Source of the DNA: an uncultured Gammaproteobacteria bacterium
GTDB taxonomy: Bacteria > Patescibacteriota > Patescibacteriia > S139-126
Direction of reading: 5' to 3'
Length of the DNA stretch: 64,000 nucleotides
Assembly (NCBI GenBank): GCA_964493305.1
Contig: CAZBLW010000001.1
Span: forward strand, 17,743-81,742
Shown: in pieces, positions 35,417-46,236 of the stretch
How positions within the stretch are numbered: position 1 is the first letter of the stretch
Layout of the letters: every line of letters starts with the position of its first letter
Program-made: the position numbers and the translations under genes
Notes under the pieces: model-generated
Told to the model about the DNA's origin: nothing
Database searches by the model: none
What the model saw: the letters and a program-made list of their open reading frames with translations, nothing else

Positions 35417-38053
35417 ATGGAAATACCAAAAGCTTATGAAGCAAAAAATTATGAAAATGATATTTACGCTCGTTGGGAACAAAGCGGTTATTTTAACCCT
35501 GATGTATTGATTGAAAATAAGCTAATTAAATCAACCGCCCCGGTATTTACTATTATTTTGCCCCCGCCCAATGTTACCGGTCAGCTTCACTTAGGTCATG
35601 CGGCTATGTTGGCATATGAAGATTTGATGATTCGTTACCACCGTCTGCAAGGTTACCAAGCTTTGTGGTTACCGGGTACTGACCATGCCGCTATTGCCAC
35701 GCAAACTAAAGTCGAGAAAATAATTTCTGCCCAAGGCCAAAAAAAAGAAGATTTGGGTAGAGAAAAATTTTTACAAACTGTCCGAAATTATGTTGACGAA
35801 TCAAAAACAACTATTCGCAATCAAATTAGAAAAATGGGTTCATCACTTGATTGGTCGCGAGAAAAATACACTCTAGATGAAGACATTTCACAGACCGTTT
35901 ATCAGGTTTTTAAAAAAATGTATGATGACGGTTTGATTTATCGAGGCAATAGAATCGTCAACTGGTGCCCTCGTTGTCAATCAACTTTGGCTGATGATGA
36001 AGTTGAATACGAACAACAACAAGCCAATCTTTATTATCTTAAATACGGACCCGTAGTCATTGCCACTACCAGGCCAGAAACCAAACTAGGTGATACTGGA
36101 CTAGCTGTTAATCCAACTGATAAACGCTACCAACATTTATTGGGAAAAGAGTTAGAAATAAATTTTGGGGTAAGCAGTATTAGAGTAAAAGTTTTTGCTG
36201 ACAGCGAAGTAGATCCAGAATTTGGTACAGGGGCAATTGGCGTGACCCCGGCGCATTCGCAAGTAGATTTTGCTTGGGCAGAAAAATATCAATTGCCGAT
36301 AGTAAAAATAATCGATGAACAAGGAAAAATGACAGCTCAAGCCGGAAAATACGTAGGACAAGATGTTCTAGTTTGTCGTGACAATTTTTTAGCGGATTTA
36401 AAGCAAGCGGGTTTGTTGGGAAAAATAGAACCAATAACCAACAACATTTCTCTTTGTTATCGCTGTCATACTCCGATTGAACCGCTCACTTCACGTCAAT
36501 GGTTTATTGCTGTCAATAAAAAAATTCCTAAGTTAAATAAATCTTTGAAAGAGTTGTCACTAGACGCAGTCCGAACTGGACTAGCTAACAGGAGTGACAA
36601 AAAAATTGAAATTATACCAGAACGTTTTAACAAAGTTTATTTTCACTGGATGGAAAATTTACGTGACTGGTGTATTTCCCGACAAATTTGGTGGGGTCAT
36701 CGCATCCCCGTGTGGTACAAAAATCAAGAACAAGGAGTAAACAATCAGGGACAAGTAGATCAGGCAGCAGAAATTTATGTTGGCGTTGAGCCACCTCCAG
36801 GTGAGGGCTGGGTGCAAGATGAGGATACTTTAGATACTTGGTTTTCTTCGGCTCTGTGGACGTTTTCTACATTAGGTTGGCCACAAGGCAATGATTTTAA
36901 ACGTTTTCATCCTACGCAAGTCTTGGAAACAGGTTATGATATTTTATTTTTTTGGGTAGCGCGAATGATTATTATGACCACTTATACTACTGGACAGATT
37001 CCTTTTCACAAAGTTTATTTGCACGGCTTGGTACGCGATCGGCAGGGGCGGAAAATGAGTAAATCTTTAGGCAACGGTATTGATCCCTTGGCGATGATTG
37101 ATAAGTTCGGCGCTGATGCTTTGCGACTGTCGATGATAATTGGCGTAACTCCAGGAAATGATTTAAGTTTATATGAAGAAAAAATTGCTGGTTATCGAAA
37201 TTTCGTCAATAAACTTTGGAACATATCGCGTTATATATTGATGAATTTATCTGAACCGAAATTGACTGATAAATTTCCCCCAGCAAAAACTTTAGCTGAT
37301 GAATGGCTATTGTCAGAATTTAACAATTTAATTTTCCAAGTAACTACTGAACTAAATAAATATAGATTTTCTCAAGCTATAGAAATACTGTATGAATTTG
37401 TCTGGTCAAAGTTGGCTGATTGGTATTTGGAAATTGCCAAAATTGAAACTGATAAAGAAGAAATATTGAATTACATTTTACAAAAACTGTTAATTCTAAT
37501 ACATCCGTTTGTACCCTTTGTCAGTGAAGCAATATGGACTGAAGTTTTCAATCCGTCTAAGCAAAACAGGTTGTTGCTGATGGTACAAAGTTGGCCCCAA
37601 GCAGAAAAAGTCAAAACCACCAAACAAGTAAAATTGTTTTCAGTCTTACAAAAGTTAATCGTCAATATAAGATCAATAAAAAATAGCAGTGGTTTATCCA
37701 GTAGTCAAATTGTACCTGTAGATATTTTCACTACTGATTATTTAGTCGTTTTCCAACAACATCAAGAGATTATTGAAAAATTAGCTCGAGTAAAGATTAG
37801 TTGGTTGAAAAAAAATCCGACCAAAAATAATCAACTTATAATTGCTCCCGAGTATAGCTTTATTTTTAAGTTGGATATAAAACCTAAAGATCAAAGCAAG
37901 GAAATAGAAAATTTAGAAAAATTTATTAATGGTTTAGAAAAAAAGTTAAACAATAAAGAATTTACAAAAAAAGCACCAGCAGAAGTGGTTGCCAAAGAAA
38001 AGAAAAAATTGGCAGAAGCTAAGAAAAAATTAAAACAAATAAAAAACCCTTAG
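35417..38053 (+). CDS. valS: valine--tRNA ligase
   Basis: 878 aa. PPPNVTGQLHLGHA (HIGH), KMSKSLGN and a C-terminal coiled-coil. Confidence 0.95.
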   Translation: MEIPKAYEAKNYENDIYARWEQSGYFNPDVLIENKLIKSTAPVFTIILPPPNVTGQLHLGHAAMLAYEDLMIRYHRLQGYQALWLPGTDHAAIATQTKVEKIISAQGQKKEDLGREKFLQTVRNYVDESKTTIRNQIRKMGSSLDWSREKYTLDEDISQTVYQVFKKMYDDGLIYRGNRIVNWCPRCQSTLADDEVEYEQQQANLYYLKYGPVVIATTRPETKLGDTGLAVNPTDKRYQHLLGKELEINFGVSSIRVKVFADSEVDPEFGTGAIGVTPAHSQVDFAWAEKYQLPIVKIIDEQGKMTAQAGKYVGQDVLVCRDNFLADLKQAGLLGKIEPITNNISLCYRCHTPIEPLTSRQWFIAVNKKIPKLNKSLKELSLDAVRTGLANRSDKKIEIIPERFNKVYFHWMENLRDWCISRQIWWGHRIPVWYKNQEQGVNNQGQVDQAAEIYVGVEPPPGEGWVQDEDTLDTWFSSALWTFSTLGWPQGNDFKRFHPTQVLETGYDILFFWVARMIIMTTYTTGQIPFHKVYLHGLVRDRQGRKMSKSLGNGIDPLAMIDKFGADALRLSMIIGVTPGNDLSLYEEKIAGYRNFVNKLWNISRYILMNLSEPKLTDKFPPAKTLADEWLLSEFNNLIFQVTTELNKYRFSQAIEILYEFVWSKLADWYLEIAKIETDKEEILNYILQKLLILIHPFVPFVSEAIWTEVFNPSKQNRLLLMVQSWPQAEKVKTTKQVKLFSVLQKLIVNIRSIKNSSGLSSSQIVPVDIFTTDYLVVFQQHQEIIEKLARVKISWLKKNPTKNNQLIIAPEYSFIFKLDIKPKDQSKEIENLEKFINGLEKKLNNKEFTKKAPAEVVAKEKKKLAEAKKKLKQIKNP

Positions 38054-38071
38054 TAGTTGCTAAGGGTTTTT
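38045..38071 (+). terminator. rho-independent terminator after valS
   Basis: AACCCTTAG-tagttg-CTAAGGGTT followed by TTTT. Confidence 0.6.
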
Positions 38072-38074
38072 GAT

Positions 38075-38248
38075 TTATCTTTTAGTCAGCTCAGAGGCTG
38101 CCTGAATAATTTGTGCGTGAGTAAGGTTTAATGTTTTTTTTATTTGCTCCATTTCAGCGGTAGGGGTAAGAGAATTATTCTCTCTTTTATTTTTGGCAGC
38201 CAAAGCAACATATTTTAAAATCAACTGATTTTTATTGTTGGTTGTCAT
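38075..38248 (-). CDS. small ORF (57 aa), hypothetical
   Basis: Below the ORF-track threshold. Hand translation gives MTTNNKNQLILKYVALAAKNKRENNSLTPTAEMEQIKKTLNLTHAQIIQAASELTKR. Its start overlaps the stop of the upstream gene by 17 nt. Confidence 0.25.
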   Translation of the reverse strand: MTTNNKNQLILKYVALAAKNKRENNSLTPTAEMEQIKKTLNLTHAQIIQAASELTKR

Positions 38249-38708
38249 TGGTATTTTCCTTATATTTTAAAAGTTCTAAATAGGTATTTTGTAAAGCAAG
38301 ACCTGCGTAGGCAGCTCGGTTTTCTTTGGGTGGCAATTTAGCTAACATATCTTTATTTGCCAAATTTCTAATTAATATATTGACACTATCGATCATCGCG
38401 TTGTGCGTATAATGCTGAATTTCATCCCAATTTTTTTTCTGTTCTTTAATTTCTTCCCCTTCTAAATTTTTATCCGAAATAATTTTATATTCACAAACCG
38501 ATTCAGTATATTTAAAAAAGTAATCAATCATTTCACTTAGTAATTTTTCTAGTTTTTCATCGTTTTCACAAAGTTGTTTAAGTTCATCTATCGTAATTAT
38601 TGGTTTAATTTCGTGTTTGCCAAACTCAACTTCAATATCTTCGCTTTCTTTAGGAAACCTTTTTTTAAAATCCTGGGTATGATTTTTTATGAATTCTTCA
38701 TTGAACAT
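38232..38708 (-). CDS. hypothetical protein
   Basis: 158 aa, acidic/helical, no recognisable motif. Confidence 0.4.
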   Translation of the reverse strand: MFNEEFIKNHTQDFKKRFPKESEDIEVEFGKHEIKPIITIDELKQLCENDEKLEKLLSEMIDYFFKYTESVCEYKIISDKNLEGEEIKEQKKNWDEIQHYTHNAMIDSVNILIRNLANKDMLAKLPPKENRAAYAGLALQNTYLELLKYKENTNDNQQ

Positions 38709-38841
38709 AGCGGTTTAATATAGCAGCTAATTAAAAGCTTGTCAATATTATTATAAAATAGTCTTGACAGCTAGCCAAATAAATAATACCATAAAATCAA
38801 GCTAGTATTTATACTAGTTTTTTTTATTCTAAAAATATTTT

Positions 38842-40152
38842 ATGAGTACCAATCCTATCATGGCCGCAATTCAGCAGATTTGTGATGAAAAAGGCCTAAA
38901 AAAAGAATTAGTCATTGAAACTATTGAAGCGGCCCTGGCAGCAGCTTTTCGCAAAGATTTTGGCAACAAAGAACAAAATATAAAGGTGCAGTTTAATCCC
39001 GAAACTGGCGGGGCTAGAGTGTTTGATGAGAAAACCGTGGTTGAGGATATTGATTTGGAAGAATTGGAAAAACAACGCGAAGAATTGCGTTTACAAAAAG
39101 AAGATTGGCTGACACGCAAGAAAGAGGCTGAAAGTCAGGATAAAAATTTTGACGAACCAGATCCCATGGAAATTTCTGATATAAAAAAATATAATCCCAA
39201 AACTGACATTATGTTGTCGGCTGCCAAAAAAATTGATAAAAAAGCCGACATTGGTGATGTCTTAACTCAAGAACTGGAAGTACCAGCTGATTACGGTCGT
39301 GTGGCAGCCCAAACCGCCAAACAAGTAATTATACAAAAGTTGAGAGAGGTGGAAAGGGATACTATTTTCAATGATTATAAAACCAAAGAAGGTGAGCTGG
39401 TCAATGGTACTATTCAAAGGATAGAAGGTCGCCTGATATTTATTGATTTGGGGAAAGCTTTTGCTTTGTTGCCACCAGAAGAGCAAATTCCCAATGAGCA
39501 GTATCGTCCCGGTATGAGAATCAAAATTTATATTGTTTCGGTTACTCGTGGCAATAAAGGGCCCGAAATTATTGCTTCCCGCTCTCATCCGGAAATTTTA
39601 CGTAAATTATTTGCTTTGGAAGTACCAGAAATTATGGCCGAAACCGTAGAAATCAAAGCAGTCTCCCGAGAGGCAGGAGCAAGAGCTAAAATCGCTGTTG
39701 TAGCTCATCAGGAAAATATTGATCCGATTGGTTCTTGCGTGGGTCAACGCGGCACTCGAGTACAAACTGTTATCAATGAACTCAATGGAGAAAAAATAGA
39801 TATTATTGAGTGGAACGAACAACCCGAAGAATTTATTAGTAACGCTTTATCACCAGCTCAAGTCCTAACAGTTGAACTTGATGAGGCTGAGCACAAAGCA
39901 GTAGCCACCGTCAAAGAAGATCAATTATCTTTGGCAATTGGTAAATCTGGACAAAATGTTAGGTTAGCTGCTAAGTTGACCGGTTGGAAAATTGACATTG
40001 CCTCTGATAAAGGTGAAGTCGTACAAACCTCAACTGAAAACAAAGCTGCTGAAACTGAAGAAAAAGATGAAGCTGCAGTCGAGCCGACCGATGAGGCGAC
40101 AGTAGAAACAGCAACGGAAGATAGTCAAGCCGAAGATTCAAATAAACAATAA
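38842..40152 (+). CDS. nusA: transcription termination/antitermination factor NusA
   Basis: 436 aa with N-terminal, S1 and two KH domains (GxxG loops) and an acidic C-terminal tail. Confidence 0.85.
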   Translation: MSTNPIMAAIQQICDEKGLKKELVIETIEAALAAAFRKDFGNKEQNIKVQFNPETGGARVFDEKTVVEDIDLEELEKQREELRLQKEDWLTRKKEAESQDKNFDEPDPMEISDIKKYNPKTDIMLSAAKKIDKKADIGDVLTQELEVPADYGRVAAQTAKQVIIQKLREVERDTIFNDYKTKEGELVNGTIQRIEGRLIFIDLGKAFALLPPEEQIPNEQYRPGMRIKIYIVSVTRGNKGPEIIASRSHPEILRKLFALEVPEIMAETVEIKAVSREAGARAKIAVVAHQENIDPIGSCVGQRGTRVQTVINELNGEKIDIIEWNEQPEEFISNALSPAQVLTVELDEAEHKAVATVKEDQLSLAIGKSGQNVRLAAKLTGWKIDIASDKGEVVQTSTENKAAETEEKDEAAVEPTDEATVETATEDSQAEDSNKQ

Positions 40153-40192
40153 TTTGCGCAGAGCGCATTTAAATAATTATTAATCTTTTATT

Positions 40193-42154
40193 ATGCATTA
40201 CATGTATGGGGTATTAGCTGGGGCAGTTGGCTTAATCTATGCCGGTATCCTAGCTTACCAAATCAAACAGATAAAAGTGGAGAGTGAAAAAGTCAAAGAG
40301 ATTGCTGGTTATATTCACGAAGGATCAATGGCTTTTTTGAATAAAGAGTATCGTATTTTAATCGCCTTTGTACTAATTGTGGCTTTGGTGATTGGTTTTT
40401 CACCCTTGGGTTGGGTACAGGCTGGTTGTTTTTTGTTGGGTTCAGTTATTTCAGCTTTAGCTGGCAATATTGGTATGCGGATTGCAACCCTGGCCAATGC
40501 CCGAACCGCTGAATCAGCCAAGGAGAGCTTATTTGCGGGATTGAAAGTCGCTTTTTCTTCCGGTTCAGTCATGGGTTTATCAGTAACTGGTCTGTCTCTG
40601 GTAGCGATTGGTATTTTGTACGCTCTAATTAAAGACCCCAATGTAATTTATAGTTTTGGTTTTGGTGCTTCGTCAGTAGCTTTGTTTGCCAGAGTGGGCG
40701 GAGGCATTTATACCAAAGCAGCCGATGTGGGAGCTGACTTAGTAGGTAAAGTTGAAGCCGGAATTCCTGAAGATGATCCCAGAAATCCAGCCACTATTGC
40801 TGATAATGTTGGTGACAACGTTGGTGATGTTGCTGGTATGGGAGCAGATTTATTTGAGTCTTATAGTGATTCCTTGATTGCCGCTATGGCTTTGGGAGCA
40901 GCCGCTACTTATTTACTTGGTGATGAGGCAGTAGTTTTACCTTTGCTAATTTCTGGACTCGGGGTGATTGCTTCTTTGATTGGTAATGTAGTTATCAAAG
41001 TAAGAAAATCAGGAGCAGTACACAATATTTTGAATTCAGGTATTTGGGTAGCAGCAATTGTGGTGGCAATTTTTTCTTTTTTTATAGTCAAATATACAGT
41101 TGGTAATCTAGGTGTTTATTGGTCCATTTTAGTCGGTCTAGTATCTGGTATTGTGATTGGTTTAGCAACTGAGTTTTATACTTCAGAAAAAAATAAACCA
41201 GCCCGAGGTATTGCTGAGGCTTCAAAAACTGGTCCGGCCACCAATATTATCGCTGGTTTTTCTCTAGGATTGATGTCTACGGTTATTCCGGTATTGGCTG
41301 TTTGTGTGGCAATCTGGATATCTTATGCGCAAGCAGGTATTTATGGTATTGCTATTGCTGCCGTTGGTATGTTAGCAACTTTGGGAATTACTTTAGCTAC
41401 TGATACTTACGGTCCGGTAGCTGACAATGCCGCTGGTATTGCTGAAATGGCTGGCTTGGGTCATGAAGCCAGAGCTAGAGCTGAAGAGCTTGATGCGGTT
41501 GGTAATACCACTGCCGCTATTGGTAAAGGATTTGCAATTGGTAGTGCAGCTTTGACCGCCTTGGTATTACTTATTACTTACGGTCATGTGGTCAATTTAA
41601 ATACAGTTGATGTGCTTGATCCCAAAGTATTAATCGGTTTGTTTATTGGAGCATTGTTGCCTGCTGTTTTTTCTGCATTGACTATGAAATCAGTCGGTAC
41701 TTCTGCCCAAGAGATGGTGACAGAAGTCAGACGACAATTCAAAGAAATTCCTGGTATTATGGACGGTTCTGCCAAACCTGAGTATGCCAAGTGTGTAGCT
41801 ATTTCTACCGCCAGTGCTTTGAAACATATGATTGTGCCGGGAGTACTTGCAGTCTTGATGCCTTTGTTGGTTGGTTTGATTTTAGGTAAAGCTTCTTTGG
41901 CTGGTATGTTAGCTGGTTCAACCATTACCGGATTTTTATTGGCGGTAATTATGGCCAATGCTGGTGGCGCTTGGGACAATGCAAAAAAATATGTAGAAGC
42001 TGGCAACTTAGGTGGAAAAGGTAGCGATGTTCATAAAGCAGCAGTCGTGGGTGATACGGTGGGTGATCCGTTTAAAGACACTTCTGGACCCAGCTTGAAT
42101 ATATTGATTAAATTGATGGCGATAGTAGCGATTGTGATCGCGCCCTTACTCTAA
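40193..42154 (+). CDS. hppA: membrane-bound proton/sodium-translocating pyrophosphatase
   Basis: 653 aa. [20 protein letters not shown] and DNVGDNVGD signatures, about 15 TM helices. Confidence 0.95.
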   Translation: MHYMYGVLAGAVGLIYAGILAYQIKQIKVESEKVKEIAGYIHEGSMAFLNKEYRILIAFVLIVALVIGFSPLGWVQAGCFLLGSVISALAGNIGMRIATLANARTAESAKESLFAGLKVAFSSGSVMGLSVTGLSLVAIGILYALIKDPNVIYSFGFGASSVALFARVGGGIYTKAADVGADLVGKVEAGIPEDDPRNPATIADNVGDNVGDVAGMGADLFESYSDSLIAAMALGAAATYLLGDEAVVLPLLISGLGVIASLIGNVVIKVRKSGAVHNILNSGIWVAAIVVAIFSFFIVKYTVGNLGVYWSILVGLVSGIVIGLATEFYTSEKNKPARGIAEASKTGPATNIIAGFSLGLMSTVIPVLAVCVAIWISYAQAGIYGIAIAAVGMLATLGITLATDTYGPVADNAAGIAEMAGLGHEARARAEELDAVGNTTAAIGKGFAIGSAALTALVLLITYGHVVNLNTVDVLDPKVLIGLFIGALLPAVFSALTMKSVGTSAQEMVTEVRRQFKEIPGIMDGSAKPEYAKCVAISTASALKHMIVPGVLAVLMPLLVGLILGKASLAGMLAGSTITGFLLAVIMANAGGAWDNAKKYVEAGNLGGKGSDVHKAAVVGDTVGDPFKDTSGPSLNILIKLMAIVAIVIAPLL

Positions 42155-42164
42155 ACTTAATTTA

Positions 42165-42197
42165 AATTCCCGCCTTACAGACAGGCGGGAATTTTTA
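42165..42197 (+). terminator. rho-independent terminator after hppA
   Basis: 10-bp stem AATTCCCGCC/GGCGGGAATT plus T-run. Confidence 0.6.
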
Positions 42198-42225
42198 TTA
42201 TACAATTAGTTTAGAAATAATTTTT

Positions 42226-42939
42226 ATGCTTTATATAATTTTGCCAACCTATAATGAAAAAGAAAATATCCAAGAATTGTTGACGGCTATTTTTTCTTTG
42301 TCCATTATTGATTTAAAAGTAGTTGTAATTGATGACAACTCACCGGATGGCACAGCTGCTGTCGTGAAACAAATGCAGTCTCAGTATAATCTTGAGTTGA
42401 TTGAGCGACCCGGTAAAATGGGCTTGGGTAGTGCTTATGTAACTGGTTTTCAAAAAGCTTTATCTTCGGGAGCTAGTTATATCATGGAAATGGATGCTGA
42501 TTTTTCTCACCTGCCAACTGATATACCAAAGTTGTTAGCAGCGGTTGAGAGTGGAGCTGATTTAGCAATTGGTTCCAGGCGGGTACCGGGTGGGCAAATT
42601 ATCGGTTGGAGTTGGTGGCGGTTGTTTATGAGTTGGGGCGCTATGAGTTTTTCTAGAGTTTTATTGGGACTAAAAACCAAAGATGTAACCGCTGGCTTTC
42701 GTTGTTACCGACGGGAAGTACTGCAACAGATTCCTTTGGCTAAAATCAAAAGCAATGGTTATTCTTTTCAAGAAGAAATGTTGTTTTTAGTAGAGAAGCT
42801 GGGCGCCAAAGTGGTTGAAGTGCCAGTGGTTTTCAATGATCGCCAAAAAGGTAAATCAAAACTAGCCAAAAAAGATATCTTAGATTTTTTTCTGATTGTA
42901 TTTAAATTAAAGTGGCAGCATGTTAAAAAATATCATTAA
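42226..42939 (+). CDS. GT2 polyprenol-phosphate glycosyltransferase (dolichol-phosphate mannosyltransferase-like)
   Basis: 237 aa with MLYIILPTYNEKENI, VVVIDDNSPDGT and a DxD-containing core. Confidence 0.8.
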   Translation: MLYIILPTYNEKENIQELLTAIFSLSIIDLKVVVIDDNSPDGTAAVVKQMQSQYNLELIERPGKMGLGSAYVTGFQKALSSGASYIMEMDADFSHLPTDIPKLLAAVESGADLAIGSRRVPGGQIIGWSWWRLFMSWGAMSFSRVLLGLKTKDVTAGFRCYRREVLQQIPLAKIKSNGYSFQEEMLFLVEKLGAKVVEVPVVFNDRQKGKSKLAKKDILDFFLIVFKLKWQHVKKYH

Positions 42940-44566
42940 AAATTGGACCAAACAGGAGTGGTGGGGACTGATAATTATTTCAGTGGTTTTATTGCTACTG
43001 ACCTGGTTACCCTATATTTATTTAGCCAGTCAGACACCTGAAGATTTTGTTTACAATTCTTCTACCTTTGTTAACCCTGGTGATAACACGGTTTATTTTT
43101 CTTATATCAGGCAAAGTGCAGAAGGTAAGTGGTTAATGGATAATATGTATACGACTGAATTGACGCAACCAGTCTTACATCCTTTTTGGACATTGCTGGG
43201 TAAGGTTGCTAATATTTTTTCCCTTACCCCGCCGACTATCTTTCATTTAGCTAGATCGGTGTTAATACCAATTTTTATTTTTTTCTCTTGCTTATTTATC
43301 AGTTATTTTTTATCCAACCGCGTGGCCAGGCAGGTGGCTTTGTGGTTTTTTAGTTTGGGGGCCGGTTGGGGATGGTTGTTTGTTTTAGCCAAACCGTTTT
43401 TTTGGTTTGATAATGCTTGGCACAATGTACCGTTTGATTTTTTTATTCCCGATGCTTTCCCGTTTACTAGTATGGTTATCTCACCCCATTTTATTTTGTC
43501 GTGGCTACTACTGCTTATTACTTTAAATTTTGGTTTTTTGGCCTTGCGTTACAATAGTTATTTTTATGCTGGTTGGTCAGGATTGATTGGGGCAGTATTG
43601 ATTTTATTGCATCCTTTTTATATACCGACCATATTTAGTATTTTAGGAATGTATTGGTTGGTTTTGTCACTCAGACAAAAAACTTTTTTGTGGTCGGGGA
43701 CTATAAAAATTTTCTTAATTGTTCTGGCTTTTTTACCCAGCGTGGGGTACTATTTTTATTTGTATTTTTTTGATCCAGTGACCAATATAAAAACTTTACA
43801 AAATTTTTTACCATCACCCAAACTACTCATTACCTTTTTGAGTTTTGGCATAACTTTTTTACTATCTTTGGTAGGTTATTGGTGGTGGCAACGACAGCAG
43901 AAAAATTCGCAAGACATAGAATTTTTGTTGATTTGGTCAGTACTTACCGCTGGTTTATTGTACACACCGTTTTTGTGGCAACGTCGTTTGGCTGAAGGTT
44001 GGTTTTTTCCCTTGGCCATTTTAGTTAGTTGGTTGTTGGTGGAGGTTGATAAAAAATTATATTTACGGATAAAAGATTTTTATCTTTGGCGGTGGTTTGT
44101 TTGGTTGCCATTGCTTTTAGTTTATCTCATGAGTAATTTGAATTTTTTGGGATTAAATTTTTTTTATATTCAAAAACAGAGCTATGCTTATTTTTATTAT
44201 CCGCAAAAGTTTACTTCACTAGCTAATTGGTTGGCACAAAATACCGATCAAGAGCAAACAATTTTTACCAATTATGATATGTGGTTTAGAACTGCCCCAG
44301 CCCTAGTTAGTCGTAAACAGTACTTAGGACATTTGGTCGAAACGGTTGATTCACATAAAAAATATTTGGAAATGAAATGGTTTTTTCAAAACGATCATCA
44401 AACTGAAAAAAAATACGAATTTTTGCAACAAACCGGAATTGATTATCTGGTGTATTATTCGCATGCACCGGAATTCAATATTTTTCAACCGCAGGAAAAA
44501 GATTTTTTGCAACCAGTTTTTACCGATGGTGATTTTAGTATTTATGAGGTTAAAAACAAATTATGA
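42920..44566 (+). CDS. large polytopic membrane protein, putative GT-C fold glycosyltransferase (paralog A)
   Basis: 548 aa with more than 10 TM helices. N- and C-terminal regions are clearly homologous to the next gene (…PGDNTVYFSYIRQ… / …DYLVYYSHAPEFNIFQPQEKDFLQPVF…). Confidence 0.45.
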   Translation: MLKNIIKNWTKQEWWGLIIISVVLLLLTWLPYIYLASQTPEDFVYNSSTFVNPGDNTVYFSYIRQSAEGKWLMDNMYTTELTQPVLHPFWTLLGKVANIFSLTPPTIFHLARSVLIPIFIFFSCLFISYFLSNRVARQVALWFFSLGAGWGWLFVLAKPFFWFDNAWHNVPFDFFIPDAFPFTSMVISPHFILSWLLLLITLNFGFLALRYNSYFYAGWSGLIGAVLILLHPFYIPTIFSILGMYWLVLSLRQKTFLWSGTIKIFLIVLAFLPSVGYYFYLYFFDPVTNIKTLQNFLPSPKLLITFLSFGITFLLSLVGYWWWQRQQKNSQDIEFLLIWSVLTAGLLYTPFLWQRRLAEGWFFPLAILVSWLLVEVDKKLYLRIKDFYLWRWFVWLPLLLVYLMSNLNFLGLNFFYIQKQSYAYFYYPQKFTSLANWLAQNTDQEQTIFTNYDMWFRTAPALVSRKQYLGHLVETVDSHKKYLEMKWFFQNDHQTEKKYEFLQQTGIDYLVYYSHAPEFNIFQPQEKDFLQPVFTDGDFSIYEVKNKL

Positions 44567-46236
44567 TTTTTAACCCATTTAAAAAAATAGCTCTTAATAA
44601 ATCTGAGTGGCATTTTATTTGGTGGTTAAGCGGAGTAGTTATAATTATTACCAGTGTACCCTATTTGTTGGGTTATTTTTTTACACCAGAGGGTAGTTTT
44701 TACAATGGTTTGCACGCACTTAGTCCTGGTGATATACCGGTTTATTATTCTTATTTGCGTCAGATTAAGTTGGGTAATTTTTTATTATACGATTTTTTTA
44801 CTTCTGAACCGCAGACCATGGGTACTTTAAATGTTTGGTGGTTGTTGGTGGGTTTATTGGCGAAATGGTTTAATTTATCGTTGCCGATAATTTTTCAACT
44901 CAGTAGAATTCTAATGATACCCGTACTGGTTATAACAGCCTATATTTTTTTTAGTTATTTTTTTATTAGTCAGCAGGTTAGACGTTTGGCAATAATATTT
45001 TTATCATTTTCGGCTGGTATTGGCGCTAGTCTAGCTCCTTTTTTACAAACTAGCAATCCTACCAGAGATGCTTTAGCCTGGCCAATAGATTTATGGATTA
45101 CTGAGGCCACGACCTTTACTGCCCTTTATCATTCATCACACATGATTGCTTCGTTGACCTTGATGTTAATAATCTTATTATTGATTTATTTAGGACTCAA
45201 TCAGTTGAAATTTATTTTCGCCATAGTTTGTGGATTGGTGTCATTGATATATTTTAATTTTCATCCTTATTATTTGCCAGTGATTTATGGAGTCTTGTTG
45301 CTTTATTTATTTTTTTTAACCCTAAAACAGAGAAAAATAATTTGGCAACAAGTAACCTGGTCACTGATTGTCATAGTAATATCGATTCCCTCAGCTTGGT
45401 ATCATATCTGGTTAATCGCTTCTGATCCAGTTATTTTCCTACGCGCAATGCAAAACGTTACCCCGCTATCTCCTTGGTTTTATGTGTTGGTAGGTTATGG
45501 TTGGCTGTGGGTGGGGTTGTTATTTAGTTTGTTAATTAGAATAAAAAAAAGGAAAATCACTCAACCTTATTTATTTATGATCAGTTGGTTATTGGTAAAT
45601 TTAACTCTTTTAATTTTGCCATTACCTTTTAGTAGTCGTTATACTCAAGGCCTGCAAGTAATTTTGGTATATTTTACTATCGACGCTTTAGTTTATGTTT
45701 ATCATTATGGTCAAGTAAATTTTAACGGTTGGTGGCAAAAATATATTCATAAAAATTTTGTCTTGCTTGGTATTTTATTTATTTTATTTTTTGCTATGAG
45801 TACCATTTTCCATTTAGTTAGAGATAGCTATTATTTTACCGCCCAACCAAATAACACAGCTAAAATATTTTATTTACCCAATGATTTAGAGAGAGCTTTC
45901 TATTGGCTTGATCAACAACCAGATGAGCAAATAGTGTTGGCAGCTGATATTCCAGCTAAATTTATACCCGGTTACGCTGGACAAATTGCTTATGTAGCCC
46001 ATAATCATGAAACCATTTTCTATTACCCTAAAGCTTTGTTTACTCGTTGGTTTTATGCTGACAATGATTTTAAAAATGACGAAAAAAAACACGCCTGGTT
46101 ACAGCGTGAAAAAATTGACTATATAATCTATTCTCCTTACGAGAAAGAGTTGGGTGATTTTCAACCCCAAGAAAAAGATTATTTACAACCCGTTTTTTCC
46201 AGTGGCGAGACAACTGTTTATCAAGTTTTACCTTAG
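44563..46236 (+). CDS. large polytopic membrane protein, putative GT-C fold glycosyltransferase (paralog B)
   Basis: 557 aa. Tandem paralog of 42920-44566 (…PGDIPVYYSYLRQ… / …DYIIYSPYEKELGDFQPQEKDYLQPVF…). Confidence 0.45.
   Translation: MIFNPFKKIALNKSEWHFIWWLSGVVIIITSVPYLLGYFFTPEGSFYNGLHALSPGDIPVYYSYLRQIKLGNFLLYDFFTSEPQTMGTLNVWWLLVGLLAKWFNLSLPIIFQLSRILMIPVLVITAYIFFSYFFISQQVRRLAIIFLSFSAGIGASLAPFLQTSNPTRDALAWPIDLWITEATTFTALYHSSHMIASLTLMLIILLLIYLGLNQLKFIFAIVCGLVSLIYFNFHPYYLPVIYGVLLLYLFFLTLKQRKIIWQQVTWSLIVIVISIPSAWYHIWLIASDPVIFLRAMQNVTPLSPWFYVLVGYGWLWVGLLFSLLIRIKKRKITQPYLFMISWLLVNLTLLILPLPFSSRYTQGLQVILVYFTIDALVYVYHYGQVNFNGWWQKYIHKNFVLLGILFILFFAMSTIFHLVRDSYYFTAQPNNTAKIFYLPNDLERAFYWLDQQPDEQIVLAADIPAKFIPGYAGQIAYVAHNHETIFYYPKALFTRWFYADNDFKNDEKKHAWLQREKIDYIIYSPYEKELGDFQPQEKDYLQPVFSSGETTVYQVLP

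Noticed and set aside
36152-42006. Antisense or nested ORFs inside valS, nusA and hppA (for example 36152..36434, 38871..39119, 40315..40641, 41584..42006)
   Set aside because: They lie within strongly supported genes and have no independent support.
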